A DNA stretch of 64,000 bases. Origin: the human T2T-CHM13v2.0 reference genome, Homo sapiens. The stretch lies in NCBI RefSeq assembly GCF_009914755.1, contig NC_060941.1. The stretch is one strand, 5' to 3'. This document shows positions 35,488 through 64,000 of the stretch, piece by piece; within the stretch, counting starts at the first letter, position 1; every line of letters starts with the position of its first letter. The notes beneath the pieces were generated by a model. That model saw nothing but the letters and a program-made list of their open reading frames with translations, was not told the DNA's origin and searched no databases. A program made the translations under genes and the position numbers.

Positions 35488-35891
35488 TCACCTGAGGTTA
35501 GGAATTCGCGACCATCCTGGCCATCATGGTGAAACCCCATCTCTACTAAAAATACCAAAAAATTAGCCGGGCACCTGTAATCCCAGCTACTCAGGAGGCT
35601 GAAGCAGGAGAATCACCTGAACCCCGGGAGGCAGAGGTTGTGGTGAGCCGAGATCGTGCCATTGCACTCCAGCCTGGGTAACAAGAGTGAAACTCCGTCT
35701 CAAAAAAAAAAAAAAAAAAAAAATCTGGAAAATAAGAGAATAAATTATGGCATAAAAATACTAATATAAAGAAAACAAATATAGCAATATTAATGCCAAA
35801 CAAAAGAATTCAAAACAGAAAGCATTAAAAGGGACCAAGGGGGATATTTCATCTTTATAAAAGGTATAATATACCAAGAAGCTATCATGGT

Positions 35892-36372
35892 TGTAGCGGG
35901 CTGAATGATGGCCCCCCTCAAAAGATACATCCATATCCTAATCCCTGACATCTGTGAATGTTACCTTATTTGGAAAAAGGAACTTTGAGATGTAAATGAA
36001 TTAAGGACCTGAGATAAGGAGATGATTCTAGATTATCCAAGAGGGCCCGAAAATCAATGACAAGTGTCCTTATAAGAGACAGGAGAGGAGAAGACACAGA
36101 CACACAGAAGCGAAAGTGATATAAAGACACTAGCAGAGATTAGAATGATAAAGCTCCAAAAGCAAGGAAAGCGTTGGAATGCTGGCAGCTGCCAGACACT
36201 GGAAAAGGCAGGGGAGCATTCTCTCCTAGAGCCTCCGGGGGAAGTGTGGCCATGGGGACACCTCGATTTCAGACTTCTGGCCTCCAGAACTGTGAGAGGA
36301 TACATTTTATTTTCGCAAGCCACTCGATTTGTGGTAATATGTTACAGCAGCCAGCAAGTTGACTAGCTAATA
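35892..36372 (+). mobile_element. MLT1 (ERVL-MaLR) solo LTR inside degenerate L1 ORF2 fragments
   Basis: TGTAGCGGGCTGAATGATGGCCCCC start, GACTTCTGGCCTCCAGAACTGTGAGA core, TTACAGCAGCC near the end. Confidence 0.8.
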
Positions 36373-36581
36373 GTCATAGGCATTTGTCTATCTAAAAACA
36401 TAGCTTTAAAATAAAGTAAAATTGTATGGAAATAAAGAATAAAGTGAACAATCCACAATTGGGGTGCTTGATTTTAACATACCTCGCCCAGAAATGGACA
36501 GATCAAGTACACAAAAAATAAGAAAAAGTATACAGGATTTGAGAGTATATATTATCTCAACAGGGAATACATATTATTTTA

Positions 36582-38720
<2,139 letters not shown>

Positions 38721-38841
38721 TCAAAAAATAAATAAATAAAATAGAAAAACAAAACAAACAAACCCAACTCATTTCTTCCCTGAATTCTCCTCAAAAAAAT
38801 AAATAATTTTTTTCTTTCTTTTCTTTTTTTTTTTTTTTTGA

Positions 38842-39009
<168 letters not shown>

Positions 39010-39210
39010 TGAGACAGGGAGACAGGGTCTGGCTCTGTCGTCCAGACTGGAGTGCAGTGACATGATCATGTTTCACTGCAGCCCTGGCCTCCTGGGCTAA
39101 AGCGATCCTCCTGCCTCAGTAGCTGAGACTACAAGAGTACACCACCAGGCTGGGTGCGGTGGCTCACGCCTGTAATCCCAGCACTTTGGGAGGCCGAGGT
39201 GGGCAGATCA

Positions 39211-39512
<302 letters not shown>

Positions 39513-39624
39513 TCACTGTGTTACCCAGGCCAGTCTCAAACTCCTAAATTTAAGCAATCTTCGAGCTTTGGCCTCCCAAAGTGCAGGGATTACAAGCATG
39601 AGCCACCATCCCCAAGCTCTTTTC

Positions 39625-40850
<1,226 letters not shown>

Positions 40851-41188
40851 CTGATGATAGCTTCATCCGAAGGCCAGATCACATCATAATCACAGAATAA
40901 TGCCAACAGCTGACAGCTCACCTGGAGTTACACATTTCCTCATCCACTTTCAGAGAAGGTTTGTATACCTTAACCATCAAACAAGAGTCTTGGGTTTCAT
41001 CATGAAAGGACCAACTTACTTCCTATTTCTATCCCTGGGCCAATCACTATGACCATGAACACCCTAATCAGCTTATGTCAGGGTACTTGTTGGGTCCTTA
41101 AACTGTGTCAGAGAGGAGGCAGTCTATTAAGTGGCTTAGATCCACTCTCGCAGCTGAGAGTCAATGTCACCAAAAATTCTAGGGATGA

Positions 41189-41401
<213 letters not shown>

Positions 41402-41585
41402 TAGCTGGGACTACAGGCGCCCGCCACCACTCCTGGCTAATTTTTTGTATTTTTAGTAGAGATAGGTTTCACCATGTTGGCCAGGATGCTCTCAATCTCT
41501 TGACCTCGTGATCCACCCACCTCGGCCTCCCAAAGTGCTGGGATTACAGGCATGAGCCACCACGCCCGGCATCTTCTATACAAAT

Positions 41586-41904
<319 letters not shown>

Positions 41905-41917
41905 TACAAATTCTTTA

Positions 41918-42309
<392 letters not shown>

Positions 42310-42963
42310 CTACACTAGAGAACTGGATTAGGGGCCAGGTGCGGTGGCTCCCACCTGTCATCCCAGCACTTTGGGAGGCCAAGGTGGGCAGATCACCTGA
42401 GGTCAGGAGTTCAAGACCAGCCTGGCCAACATGGTGAAACCCCGTCTCTACAAAAATACAAAAATTAGCTGGGCGTGGTGGCGTGTGCCTGTAATCCCAG
42501 CTACTCGGGAGGCTAAAGCAGGATAATCGCTTGAACCCGGGAGGCAGAGGTTGCAGTGAGCAGGAGGTTTCAGTGAGCCGAGATTGTGCCACTGCACTCC
42601 AGCCTGGGCGACAGAGTGAGACTGTCTCAACAACAACAAAAACAAGAACTGGATTAGGTTTCTTCAAATGCATGTAATAGAAATCTACTCTAGCTAACCT
42701 AATCCAACAGAAATTTTTTTGGAAAGAGATACAGGAGCTCACTGGACGCAAGAGAACACTGACAACACAGGATAGCTCAGGAATCAGCTAACTTTGGGGA
42801 CCTTAGTAGCAGGAACTTCCCTACAGCTTTTCCTGAACACTTTGCTGAAATGAATGAAGACCAGTTCTTCATCCTCGTACCACCTTATTCACCACGTGAA
42901 ATCCTAGGAGGAGTACACTTGTCCGTGATTAGGTCACACCCCTGGGCTAGGCTCAGGTAATAA

Positions 42964-44022
<1,059 letters not shown>

Positions 44023-44267
44023 ATAACAGGAAGAATATTAGGGAAGGAACTTATTTATTTATTTATTTTATTTTGAGACAGGGTCTCACCCTGTCACCCA
44101 GGCCGGAGTGCAGTGCTGCAATCATGGCTTTCTGCAGCCTCGACCTCCCGGGCTCAAACAGTCCTCCTACCTCAGCCTTTTGAGTGGCTGGGAGGTGGAG
44201 AGAGGAGGACTGCTTGAGCCCAGAAGTTCAAGACCAGCCTGGGTAACATAGTGAGACCCTGTCTCTA

Positions 44268-44710
<443 letters not shown>

Positions 44711-45150
44711 TAGCCAGGATGGTCTCGATCTCCTGACCTCATGATCCGCCCGCCTCAGCCTCCCAAAGTGCTGGGATTACAGGCGTGAGCCACCGTGCCC
44801 AGCCTCCAGATGGGTTTATAGGTGAACTCCACCAATCTATATAGAACAGAAAATCCCTATCTATAACTGTTCCAGAGAATATAGTTTTCCAATTTATTTT
44901 ACAAGGCTAGCATAAACTCTGATCATAAAACCAAACAAACAGAAAAACAGACAAAGATCCCCAAAAGAGATCTATAAGCCACTCCTATTTTCTAACTTAG
45001 AGGCAAAAGTCCTAAATAAAATATGAGCAGGCTGGACGCAGTGGCTCATGCCGGTAATCCCAGCACTTTGGGAGGTCGAAGCAGGCTGATCACCTGAGGT
45101 CGGAAGATCAAGACCAGCCTGATCAACATGGAGAAATCCAGTCTCCACTA

Positions 45151-45309
<159 letters not shown>

Positions 45310-45839
45310 TCAAGACCATCCTGGCCAACATGGTGAAATGCCCTCTCTACTAAAAATACGAAAATTAGCCCGGCGTGGTGGTGTGCACCTGTGATCCCAG
45401 CTGCTCGGGAGGCTGAGGCGGGAGGATCGCATGAGCAGGTTGCAGTGAGCGGAGATGGCGCCGCCGCGCTCCAGCCTGGGTGAGGGTCAAAAAGAAAAAA
45501 AAAAATCAACAGCCTCTGGGCTCGGGGTCCTTATTCAATTTCATGGCTTCTCTCCAGACAAACTCCCACCTCACTTTCTATACTACCTCGTCTTCCCCAC
45601 ATTTTCCAATACCTTTGCAGCGGGCAAATTATATAAATGGCAAATCTATGGATTAACTGCATCTGGCTTAAGTGTCTATCCCTTGTCCGGTCACCAGCTG
45701 GAAGCAGATAGGGGCAGGCTCAGGCGGCTGCATGGAGCTCCTACTGGGGAACAGTGCAGGGCCACATTCTCATCACAGAAGGGGCAGTGGACCAACAGGC
45801 AGGGCATGGTGTCTGACTTTCTGTAATAGACATTTAACC

Positions 45840-48140
<2,301 letters not shown>

Positions 48141-48504
48141 AGAGGTTTTTTTGTTTTTAAGATGGAGTTTTGCTCTTGTCACCCAGGCTGGAGTACAATG
48201 GCACGATCTCGGCTCACCGCAACCTCTTTCCACCTCCCGGTTTCAAGCGATTCTCCTGCCTCAGCCTCCCGAGTAGCTGGGATTACAGGCATGCGCCACC
48301 ACGCCTGGCTAATGTATTTTTAGTAGAGACAGGGTTTCCCCGTGTTGGTCAGGCTGGTCTCGAACTCCTGACTTCAGGTGATCCGCCCGCCTCAGCCTCC
48401 CAAAGTTCTGGGATTACAGGCATGAGCCACGCGCCCGGCCCTGGAGAGGTTTTTAAAAGATGGCAGAAGGCTGTTTGGAGGAGTCCACCCCCATCTCCCC
48501 TGTG

Positions 48505-48630
48505 TAAAAGGAAAGCGGAAGAGAGAACCACAAAGAGGGCCTGGGGGAAAGCCGTGGAGTGAGGCGATAAGGGCTTGTGTCCAGGGGATTCCCGGTCACT
48601 GGAATCCCTATCAGGCCTGCATTTCCTCCT
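48505..48630 (+). promoter_or_regulatory. TATA-less megakaryocyte promoter of GP1BA (Ets, RUNX, GATA)
   Basis: GGAA 48510-48513 and 48517-48520, AACCACA 48526-48532, GATAAG 48566-48571, CTATCA 48608-48613; non-coding exon 1 ends at 48749, 233-bp intron 48750-48982. Confidence 0.8.
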
Positions 48631-48829
48631 CACCCCCATCCCCTTCCTTGCCACTGGCTTAGTCCTCCATGGGGCTAGAAGAGAGAAGGACGGAGTCGAG
48701 TGGCACCCTAGAAGACGCTCTGTGCCTTCGGAGGTCTTTCTGCCTGCCTGTAAGCCGGGGTTGGTGCTGGGGCAGGAGAGGGGTCTGAGGGAGGGGAAAG
48801 AGCCAAGGACCTGGAGCTAGTAGTTTTAA

Positions 48830-50908
<2,079 letters not shown>

Positions 50909-51350
50909 GGGTGGGAGGTTTGGGGACCTTGAGAGAAGAGCCTGTGGGCTCTCCTATTGGAATCTAGTTGGGGGTTGGAGGGGTAAGGAACACAGGGTGA
51001 TAGGGGAGGGGTCTTAGTTCCTTTTTCTGTATCAGAAGCCCTGTCTTCACAACACAGGCACACAATTTCAGTCCCAGCCAAAGCAGAAGGGGTAATGACA
51101 TGGACTTGGCGGGGGGACAAGACAAAGCTCCCGATGCTGCATGGGGCGCTGCCAGATCTCACGGTGAACCATTTTGGCAGAATACAGCATGGTTCCCACA
51201 TGCATCTATGCACAGAAGAAAATCTGGAAAGTGATTTATCAGGATGTGAGCACTCGTTGTGTCTGGATGTTACAAATATGGGTGGTTTTATTTTCTTTTT
51301 CCCTGTTTAGCATTTTCTAGTTTTCCACTATTATTGTATATTATCTGTAT

Positions 51351-51356
51351 AATAAA
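51351..51356 (+). terminator. GP1BA poly(A) signal AATAAA
   Basis: AATAAA after a U-rich 3' UTR segment, directly before an Alu pair (51368-51968). Confidence 0.85.
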
Positions 51357-51367
51357 AAATAATTTTA

Positions 51368-52005
<638 letters not shown>

Positions 52006-53343
52006 TCATGAGAATTCACAAGGCTCCAAATGCCCTACCCTGGTCACAACTACTTATCCAATAGACCTCCAGTTACAGCCTACATTTCCCCTGCCTGGGG
52101 TGCCTCCTCTCCTCCAGGGCTGGCCACCCACCAGGCCACCCCAGGCATCAGATCCAGCTCAAAAATTGCCTTCCTGGAGTTTAATGACAACTGCTGGGAC
52201 CTACCTGGCAGCAGCCTGCAGTACTAGGGGCAAAGGTGGGTGCCTGCTTTGCACCTGCAGCCTCAGAAGTGCAGCTCTCCTCACTGCCCAGGTCAGCAGG
52301 ACAGCAAGGGGTGGACCCTGCAGCATGCACCATCTTGGTGTGACTGAATAGTCTTGGGTTTCCTGCTCTCAGGCTGGGACACAGGCAAATGGAACCCCAT
52401 TTCTTTTCTCATAAATCCTGCCATTCTCTAAACACACTGGTGTGGCTTCCTCTCCTGCCTTGTCTCCAGCCCAATCCAAGGCTTGGGGCCCAGAGAATGG
52501 GACTATGGAGACCCCCATCCCCCTCCAGATGGTCCTGAAGATCTCCCAAACCTGAAAGTCTGACCGAATCTCTCCCCAGGTGGAGGACCAACTCCTGAGC
52601 TTGGCAGTCAGGGAGTGCCAAGCACTGACCCCATCTGACAGTCCAGCTTCATCTCAAGGGAGATACCTCACAGTCTGTGCTCCAACTATCACAAGCCTAT
52701 AGATCACCTGCTCCCCAACAGTGTTTTACTCTAAGCCTTTGCCCTCAGTCCAGCCAGGTGTGCTATCCTTGCCCCATCCCCAGCCAGTCTAACCACTCAG
52801 TCTGCAAGTCACTACTCCCAGGCGAGGCCAGGTGCTCCAAGTTACCCTGCAACACTATTGCTACACTCAGTTTCCCAACTGCTCCTGTATAATCTTGTCT
52901 TCTGGACCAGGAACTCCTTAAGGACAAGGTCTAGGCTTCAGGCATCTCACAATAGCCACCAAGGCGCAGGACAGTGTACACGGAGGCAGCAGCAGGGGCG
53001 CCAGGATGCTGAGCTCCACCTCTTCTGCTGATGAGGCTCTGCCAAAGGGACAGCTCCCACCTGCTGCCTGCCTGTCCCCTAGCCTGGCAAGCACTCCTCA
53101 GTTTGACCTTCCCAAACTCTCTTGTGCCCCAAGAGGTTTTAAGGCTCCTTGAAGGCTGGCCTGGGAACCACACATCTTCTAAAGAAATGGACAAGGTTCT
53201 CACTCTCCCCAGCCAAGGACCCAGATCAGGTCTCTGGCCAGCATTCCCCTTTCCTCAAGCTTCCAGTGCCCACCCACTTAAGCCCTGGCCTTCCACCTGC
53301 ACTGCCTCCAGCCCACAGTGGTCTGACTTCCTCTCTAAGTCTC

Positions 53344-53681
53344 TTTATTTCCTCCCTCTTTAGGCTGCAGAAGCAGTCATCAGACCGAGGGGCTTTTCCT
53401 GGGGATTATGTGAGATGATCTGGGCATCGGTGGCATTCTTGGGCGAGTGGCTGGAGGAAACACACCGGGCCTGGGATTTGAGTTTTTCTGGCCCTGTCAG
53501 CTGCTGTGGCATGACAGATTTATACAGCATTTGCAAAAAACCAGCGGCTGCTTTTTCTTTAACAATTTTTCTTAAAAACTCCAGTTCCTATTCTCCAGCT
53601 TCTTTGTCCAGTCTCCTCCCCTCTCCTAGCCACCCCCCAGACTCTCCAGATTTGGGGCTGGTGTCATCAATCCAATTTATT
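53344..53681 (-). terminator. Tandem SLC25A11 poly(A) signals (AATAAA at 53676-53681 and 53344-53349)
   Basis: TTTATT on + at both positions. Confidence 0.75.
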
Positions 53682-54088
53682 AAGTCCTCAATGAGGGGGA
53701 GGAAGGGCCACATCTCCCTCTGCAGGCCCTTTGACCATCTTGATGGCTTCTGCTCCTCCCTGTCCCCTCAGCTCTGCCTTGGTTTCCCCACTGACAAAGG
53801 GGATCTTCTGCTGTCCTGTGTGCCCTGAAACTAAAACCCAGGGGGAGGCCAGAAATCCTCAGGAAGTTTTCCAGCTCCCTGCAAGAATAGCCAAGGACAG
53901 AGAAATCACAGGATCAGGACGAGCAGGGCAAGCTGGAGCAGGGGGTAGAACAGACCAAGTCCTTTACCGCAGAGGAAGAAACCACACTGTGGAAGGGAAA
54001 TAAATAGAGGGGTCCAGGGCAGCAGAGCCCAGGCCCCCAGGGCGCAGTGGCTATAGGCGCAGCAGGCGAGTGGGAGCCCCCGGCCGCT

Positions 54089-56258
54089 TCAGCCACTGAG
54101 GAAGAGACGCTTGTAGGCCTTGTTCATCTGCTCCAAGAAGATGAAGGTGAGGACGGTGTGGGGGCCCAGGCGGGCATAGTACGGCGTGAAGCCCTTCCAC
54201 AGGCTGAAGAAGCCCTCGTAGCGGACAACTTTGAACAGCACGTCCTAGACACAGACAGGCAGGGCGCTGGGGCTAGGACTCTAGGTCCCCATCCCCCTCA
54301 CCCAGCTGCCTTCACACCTTTCCCAGGGGATCCGACACCCCCTCCCAGGCCCCCAGAATGGCTTCCTCACCAGCCCGTTCTTGTATTCCGGCTTCCCATC
54401 AATCATCCGCATGTTCTGGATTCTGCAGGAGAGGACGCAGGGGCATGAGAGACCGAAAGGGCACCCTCCCACCCACCTCCAGGCCCAGGCTGCACACTCA
54501 CCGGGTCTTGGCAATGTCCACAGGCATGGAGGCAGCAGTGGTGACAAGACCGCTGATCATGCTGGCACAGAAGTGGCACAAGATGTTGTCAGAGAAGTAG
54601 CCTGGGGGAGGTGAGGCGGGGGTGGCAGTCAGCTCAGAGGTGGCTCAGGCCAGGCTGGGAACTAAGGGCCCAGCTCTGGATCTCACCTGAGTCCAGTAAG
54701 AACTGCTTGGATTGGGAGTAGGAGGCGAGCTGGGCAGCATTGACGACGACGGCCCGAGCCATGGTAGGGATGCAGCCCTGGAGGGAGGGGAGCGGGGAAG
54801 AGTCAGAAACCCCTAAAACCAGACCTCACAGCCCCCAAGTCTCCAGCCCCTCCACTCACCCGCCACAGTGTGAGGACACCCTCTTCCCGGGTGATTCGAA
54901 TCAGGGCGTTAAACACATTTTTGTAGCCACGGCGCTGGTCAGCTGGAAGCCTGGTGGGAAGGCAGAAAGAGGTCAAGATCAGGATTGCCCACAGGTGCAA
55001 AGAAAGGAAGGCCAGAACAGGTAAACACTCTGCTCCAGATCCGGGATAAAAAACTGGTCCTTTCATTCTAGATTCGAGGGAATGGGGCTGGGGTTAGGTT
55101 CAGACTTGGAACTCACCGGCCATCGGCAGTCATGCGGATAAGAGCCACTTCGGCTGGTGTTCCCACAAAGGCACCAGTGGCACCTGCGGTCATGCCAATC
55201 ACAGCCTTCAGCAGAAAGCCAGGGGGAGTACCATCAGCCCCAGTCAGGCGCTCAAACAGCACGGTATAGATGCCAAGGCGGGTAGTGGTGTAGGTGGCCT
55301 GACGCAGCAGGCCAGCCGACAGCCTGAGGAGCAGAGGGGTCAGCATATCAGGCCAAGGTCTAGAGCTGCCAACCCACAGTCTACCCTCCATCCTGAGGCC
55401 CCAATACCCAGTGTAAATGCCCCTCAGGCCTTCTGCCTTCAGGATACTGGTGAGGGCATGGAAGCTGGTTTTGTACTCTCGAGTCTTGGCCCCTTCCCCG
55501 CTCAACTGCATCCGGTTCTTCACCAGGTCCAGGGGCTGGACAAAAACTGTAGCTCCCATCCTGGGGGAAGACAGAGGTGGAGTGAAGGGCCAGGCATTCC
55601 AGATCTACCAGTGCCCACTGGAGCCTGGCAGCAAGAGGTTACAAAGGTCAGGGCCTGCCATGCGATTCAAGAATCAGGATGCTGGTGAGCATGTGTATAA
55701 GAGTCTATATGTACACCAAGTGCAACGGGTCTGAAAAGTCTAGTTGTCCAGTAGGGGCCATGCAATGAAAGTGCTCCAAGCAGCTTCATGACAGTCAAGC
55801 AGTGACCTGGGGCTGCACGCAGTCCGACACAGGGAGGGGAGGAAGGGGCATCCAAGATTTAGGACTCCAGGTAGTCCTGCAGGAGCCATTTAATGGCCTG
55901 GAACCCCCTGCCGCCCGGCCGAGCTTAGCAATGCGCTGGGAAACTCAGCTGGCCCGGCGGGGGTTGTGCAACGACCCTGCATGCAGTCCATAAGGGTCCT
56001 GCAATGGGGCCCTAGCAGCCCATCGGGGAACTCGCAATACGCTGGAGATCGCGCTGACCCCGTGCCGGCACAGTTCACTGCAACAGACCCAGAGATGAAC
56101 CGGGCCCGGTTCCTTTTGCCCTTCCCTTCCTCCTCTTTTCCCATCCCTGGGGCCTGAGCTTACCCGGCCAGGCCCCCAAACAGGAACTTGACGGACTTAG
56201 GGGAGGTACGGGGCTTCCCGTCTATCCCGCCGGCCCCGGCACTCGCCGTCGCCGCCAT
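54089..56258 (-). CDS. SLC25A11: Mitochondrial 2-oxoglutarate/malate carrier, 314 aa, 8 exons
   Basis: Exons 56258-56164, 55560-55408, 55323-55117, 54950-54860, 54777-54687, 54601-54502, 54422-54371, 54244-54089 (945 nt); carrier motifs PLDLVKNR, PAEVALIR, PVDIAKTR. Confidence 0.99.
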
Positions 56259-56950
56259 CGCCACTCAATGGCCCTCGGCTCCGGGTCCCGTGCGCGCGCG
56301 GCCCCGCTCGCGCCCAAGGTGACACCGCGCGCGCAACAGAGCGAGGGCGCGCGCACGCCCCTCCAGCTCTCAGGTCCGACACCCGCTGGAAGCCGGCGCG
56401 GGCGCAGGCGCGCAGCGCAAAGGCGGCCGGGAGTAAGGCGGAGCTGAAGGAGGAGCTTGATGGAAGCGTGCGAGAAGGGGCGTAACTGATTTGGAAACCA
56501 GAGGAAAGGCGCTGTTTTCACCGAATTAGAATCGCGGGAAAATAGAGAAGAGTTTGTTTGAAGGTCTCGCGAGATCGAGTGAGTACGGCTCGCCAAGTTG
56601 GAGCGCTCTCGCGATAGACACAGCAACTATTCAGCTGCGAGGGGACGGGAGAGGTGGTGAGCACTCTCGCGAGATTTGAAGGAGCGGCGGAGGCCAGAGG
56701 GAGGAGAGGTTTGTAAACTAGGAGGCTCCGGGTTTCCGGGCACTTTTATTAGGTCGTCTTCTGGGCCACCAGTGCCCCTTCCATCTCCACAGGCAGTCCC
56801 TCCATCGCTAACCTTTTTTTAACCGGCCTTTTAGGACCGGAAGTCCTTCATCTCAAGCATCCAATGCTGAAAGCGGCCTGATTTTCTCTACCGGAAGCCC
56901 TTTTCCAGAGGCTGGGAACACGGCCCACCTAGCAGGAAGTCCCACCTCCT
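56150..56950. promoter_or_regulatory. Bidirectional CpG-island promoter SLC25A11/RNF167
   Basis: Head-to-head genes; NRF1-like GCGCAGGCGC 56402-56411; TCTCGCGAGA-type elements at 56565, 56607, 56665; Ets ACCGGAAG at 56836 and 56890. Confidence 0.9.
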
Positions 56951-57095
56951 TGAGCTCCGCCACCCTTCCCGAAGTTTTTCTGTCACCTGTGTTAGGCTCC
57001 GTCCCCTTTCCGCGTTTTATCCCCGTACCAGAAAAGGATACATTTAGTGCCTCCCACCCAGCTCCACTAAACGGGTTGGATATCTCATTCTTTGA

Positions 57096-61364
<4,269 letters not shown>

Positions 61365-61544
61365 TAACCCCCCACACATACACCTCTGGTGACCTATTTG
61401 CACAGACCGTCGTCTTCCCTCCAGTCTTCTGAGGGATAGGGGACATTCCATCCCAAGCTTCTCCCTTACCCACACCTATCCTTTTGAGGGGCTTTGGGGT
61501 GGGGCTGGGGCAAGCAGAGGGACTGGGTCTTCACTTCTTGGGCT

Positions 61545-61550
61545 AATAAA
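61545..61550 (+). terminator. RNF167 poly(A) signal AATAAA
   Basis: AATAAA ~180 nt after the stop. Confidence 0.85.
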
Positions 61551-62016
61551 ATTGTTTCTTTGTGGACTAAGGAAGGGTAAGATCATTCTCACACAGGTGA
61601 ACTTAACCCTTTGGTGGAATCACCCCTTTAGCCATAAGGAGCAAGGGAATGCTGAGAGACACTAACCTATAGTCATGGGGACAGCCCCAGCCGGCATTTG
61701 CTATGACTCAGAAGGGGGAGCCCCACCCACAAGGATGACTCAACTAGCCCTGCCTTGCCTGCAGGCCTGCACCCATTCTCTGGTCCAGATGGCTCTATTC
61801 CATCATCCACCAATTTGACCAGCACACTGAGGACTTAGGCCTGGAAATGCCACTGTGGAGGGGCAGGGCCACCTGGCCAGAAGCTCAAATTCCTGCACCT
61901 TGTAGTACCTCAACCTCCCTGCTCCCAAGCCACGATAAAGGAGGCAAGTCACAGTGCCTATCCCCCATTCTGACACCCAAGCTCAAATCACACAGCACCT
62001 TGTTAGTAGAATCTTT

Positions 62017-62022
62017 TTTATT
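62017..62022 (-). terminator. PFN1 poly(A) signal AATAAA
   Basis: TTTATT on +, ~225 nt past the PFN1 stop. Confidence 0.85.
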
Positions 62023-62247
62023 CAGAAAAAAAAAACCCCAAAAAACAAAAGTTTTCCAACCACACACGGGAGGGATATGGGTAGGGGGAGGTGTCTGTCC
62101 ATCCAGCCCTGGCCCCCAGCCCATGTGGTTTTGGCAGCAATAAGGGGTATGGGGTAATGGCCCAAAAAATAAAATGGTTTGTGTGTGTATGGGGAGGAAA
62201 GGGGTGCAAAGCTGTGGGGAGCGGTGAAGGGGAAGGGACAGACGAGG

Positions 62248-63297
<1,050 letters not shown>

Positions 63298-63580
63298 TCA
63301 GTACACATCAATGAACTGTGAGAAACTCTGAGGACTGTGGGACGTTAGTGCAGAAAAAGATCATGATTCTGAAACTTAGAATATGGAACCAGGGAGGAAG
63401 GGATGACATACTCCTCTAGAGATTTAGATGTCAGTGTTAATGGGGAAAGTAAACCCAGGAAATAAAGGGAGTCAGTGAGGTAAGTGAGGAGCCTTTGGAT
63501 GCTCAGAACTCTCCTTCAGGAAAAGCAGAAGCGGAGAGGGGAAGGGAGGGGGGCGGGCGAGGCAAGAGAAGCAACTTTGC

Positions 63581-63590
63581 CCTTATTTGG
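63581..63590. promoter_or_regulatory. Consensus CArG box (SRF) in PFN1 intron 1
   Basis: CCTTATTTGG = CC(A/T)6GG in non-repetitive sequence of an actin-cytoskeleton gene. Confidence 0.7.
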
Positions 63591-64000
63591 TCAAAGGTTC
63601 TGCAGGAGCTGTTAGGGCCCGGACGCCTGGGTCTCCAAGTAACCTAGAGTTTAGCTCCAGGTATCTCTGCTCTGAGATGAGGAAGCAGACCCCTGGGGGC
63701 TTTCCGGGAAAGTTGGAAAACTTTTGAAGGTGGACAGGGGCCAGACCCGGCAGGCCAGCTCTCGGGTCTAGGTACCCCGGGAACCTTTCCCCCCTCCCCC
63801 CTTCACCCCAAGCCCCCACATCCGGTCCCCTCCCGCCCGGAAACCCCCTTCCCCCCCCTTTTGAACTTCCGCTCCCCCTCCCCACTTCCGGGCAGTGTGG
63901 ACAGGGAGATGGTGGTGGGAGCAGCGGTAGTAAACCAATATACTTTCGCTTATGCTGTCTCAGAACTTCTCACAAAGTTCCCCTGCTCCAGGCCCCGCCG

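Noticed and set aside
35963-35972. CArG-like CCTTATTTGG
   Set aside because: Lies within MLT1 LTR consensus-like sequence; no supporting context

Overview
This is human genomic DNA from chr17p13.2, not a prokaryotic window. Gene order: MINK1 (+, from mid kinase domain to 3' end); CHRNE (-, complete, 12 exons), with C17orf107 (+) nested antisense in CHRNE intron 8; a ~29 kb intergenic block saturated with Alu/L1/L2/LTR elements; GP1BA (+); SLC25A11 (-) and RNF167 (+), head-to-head on a CpG-island promoter; and PFN1 exons 2-3 (-). Exon boundaries were read from GT-AG sites, and the complete CDS lengths sum to 493 (CHRNE), 190 (C17orf107), 639 (GP1BA), 314 (SLC25A11) and 350 (RNF167) aa. The GP1BA haplotype is Kozak -5C, HPA-2a and 2-repeat VNTR. 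I found no wholly new biological system. The best leads are: (1) an 87-nt MINK1 cassette exon behind a ~335-nt AG-free, YCAY-rich tract; (2) a 24-nt MINK1 microexon preceded by four CTAAC copies and a UGC; (3) convergent MINK1/CHRNE 3' UTRs, where both candidate CHRNE poly(A) hexamers overlap miR-17~92 seed matches on the MINK1 strand; (4) a possible fourth C17orf107 exon; (5) an old inversion splitting an MLT2D LTR; (6) an AluYb8 inserted at the target site of an older Alu. Repeat subfamily names and isoform or variant comparisons are from memory and were not searched.
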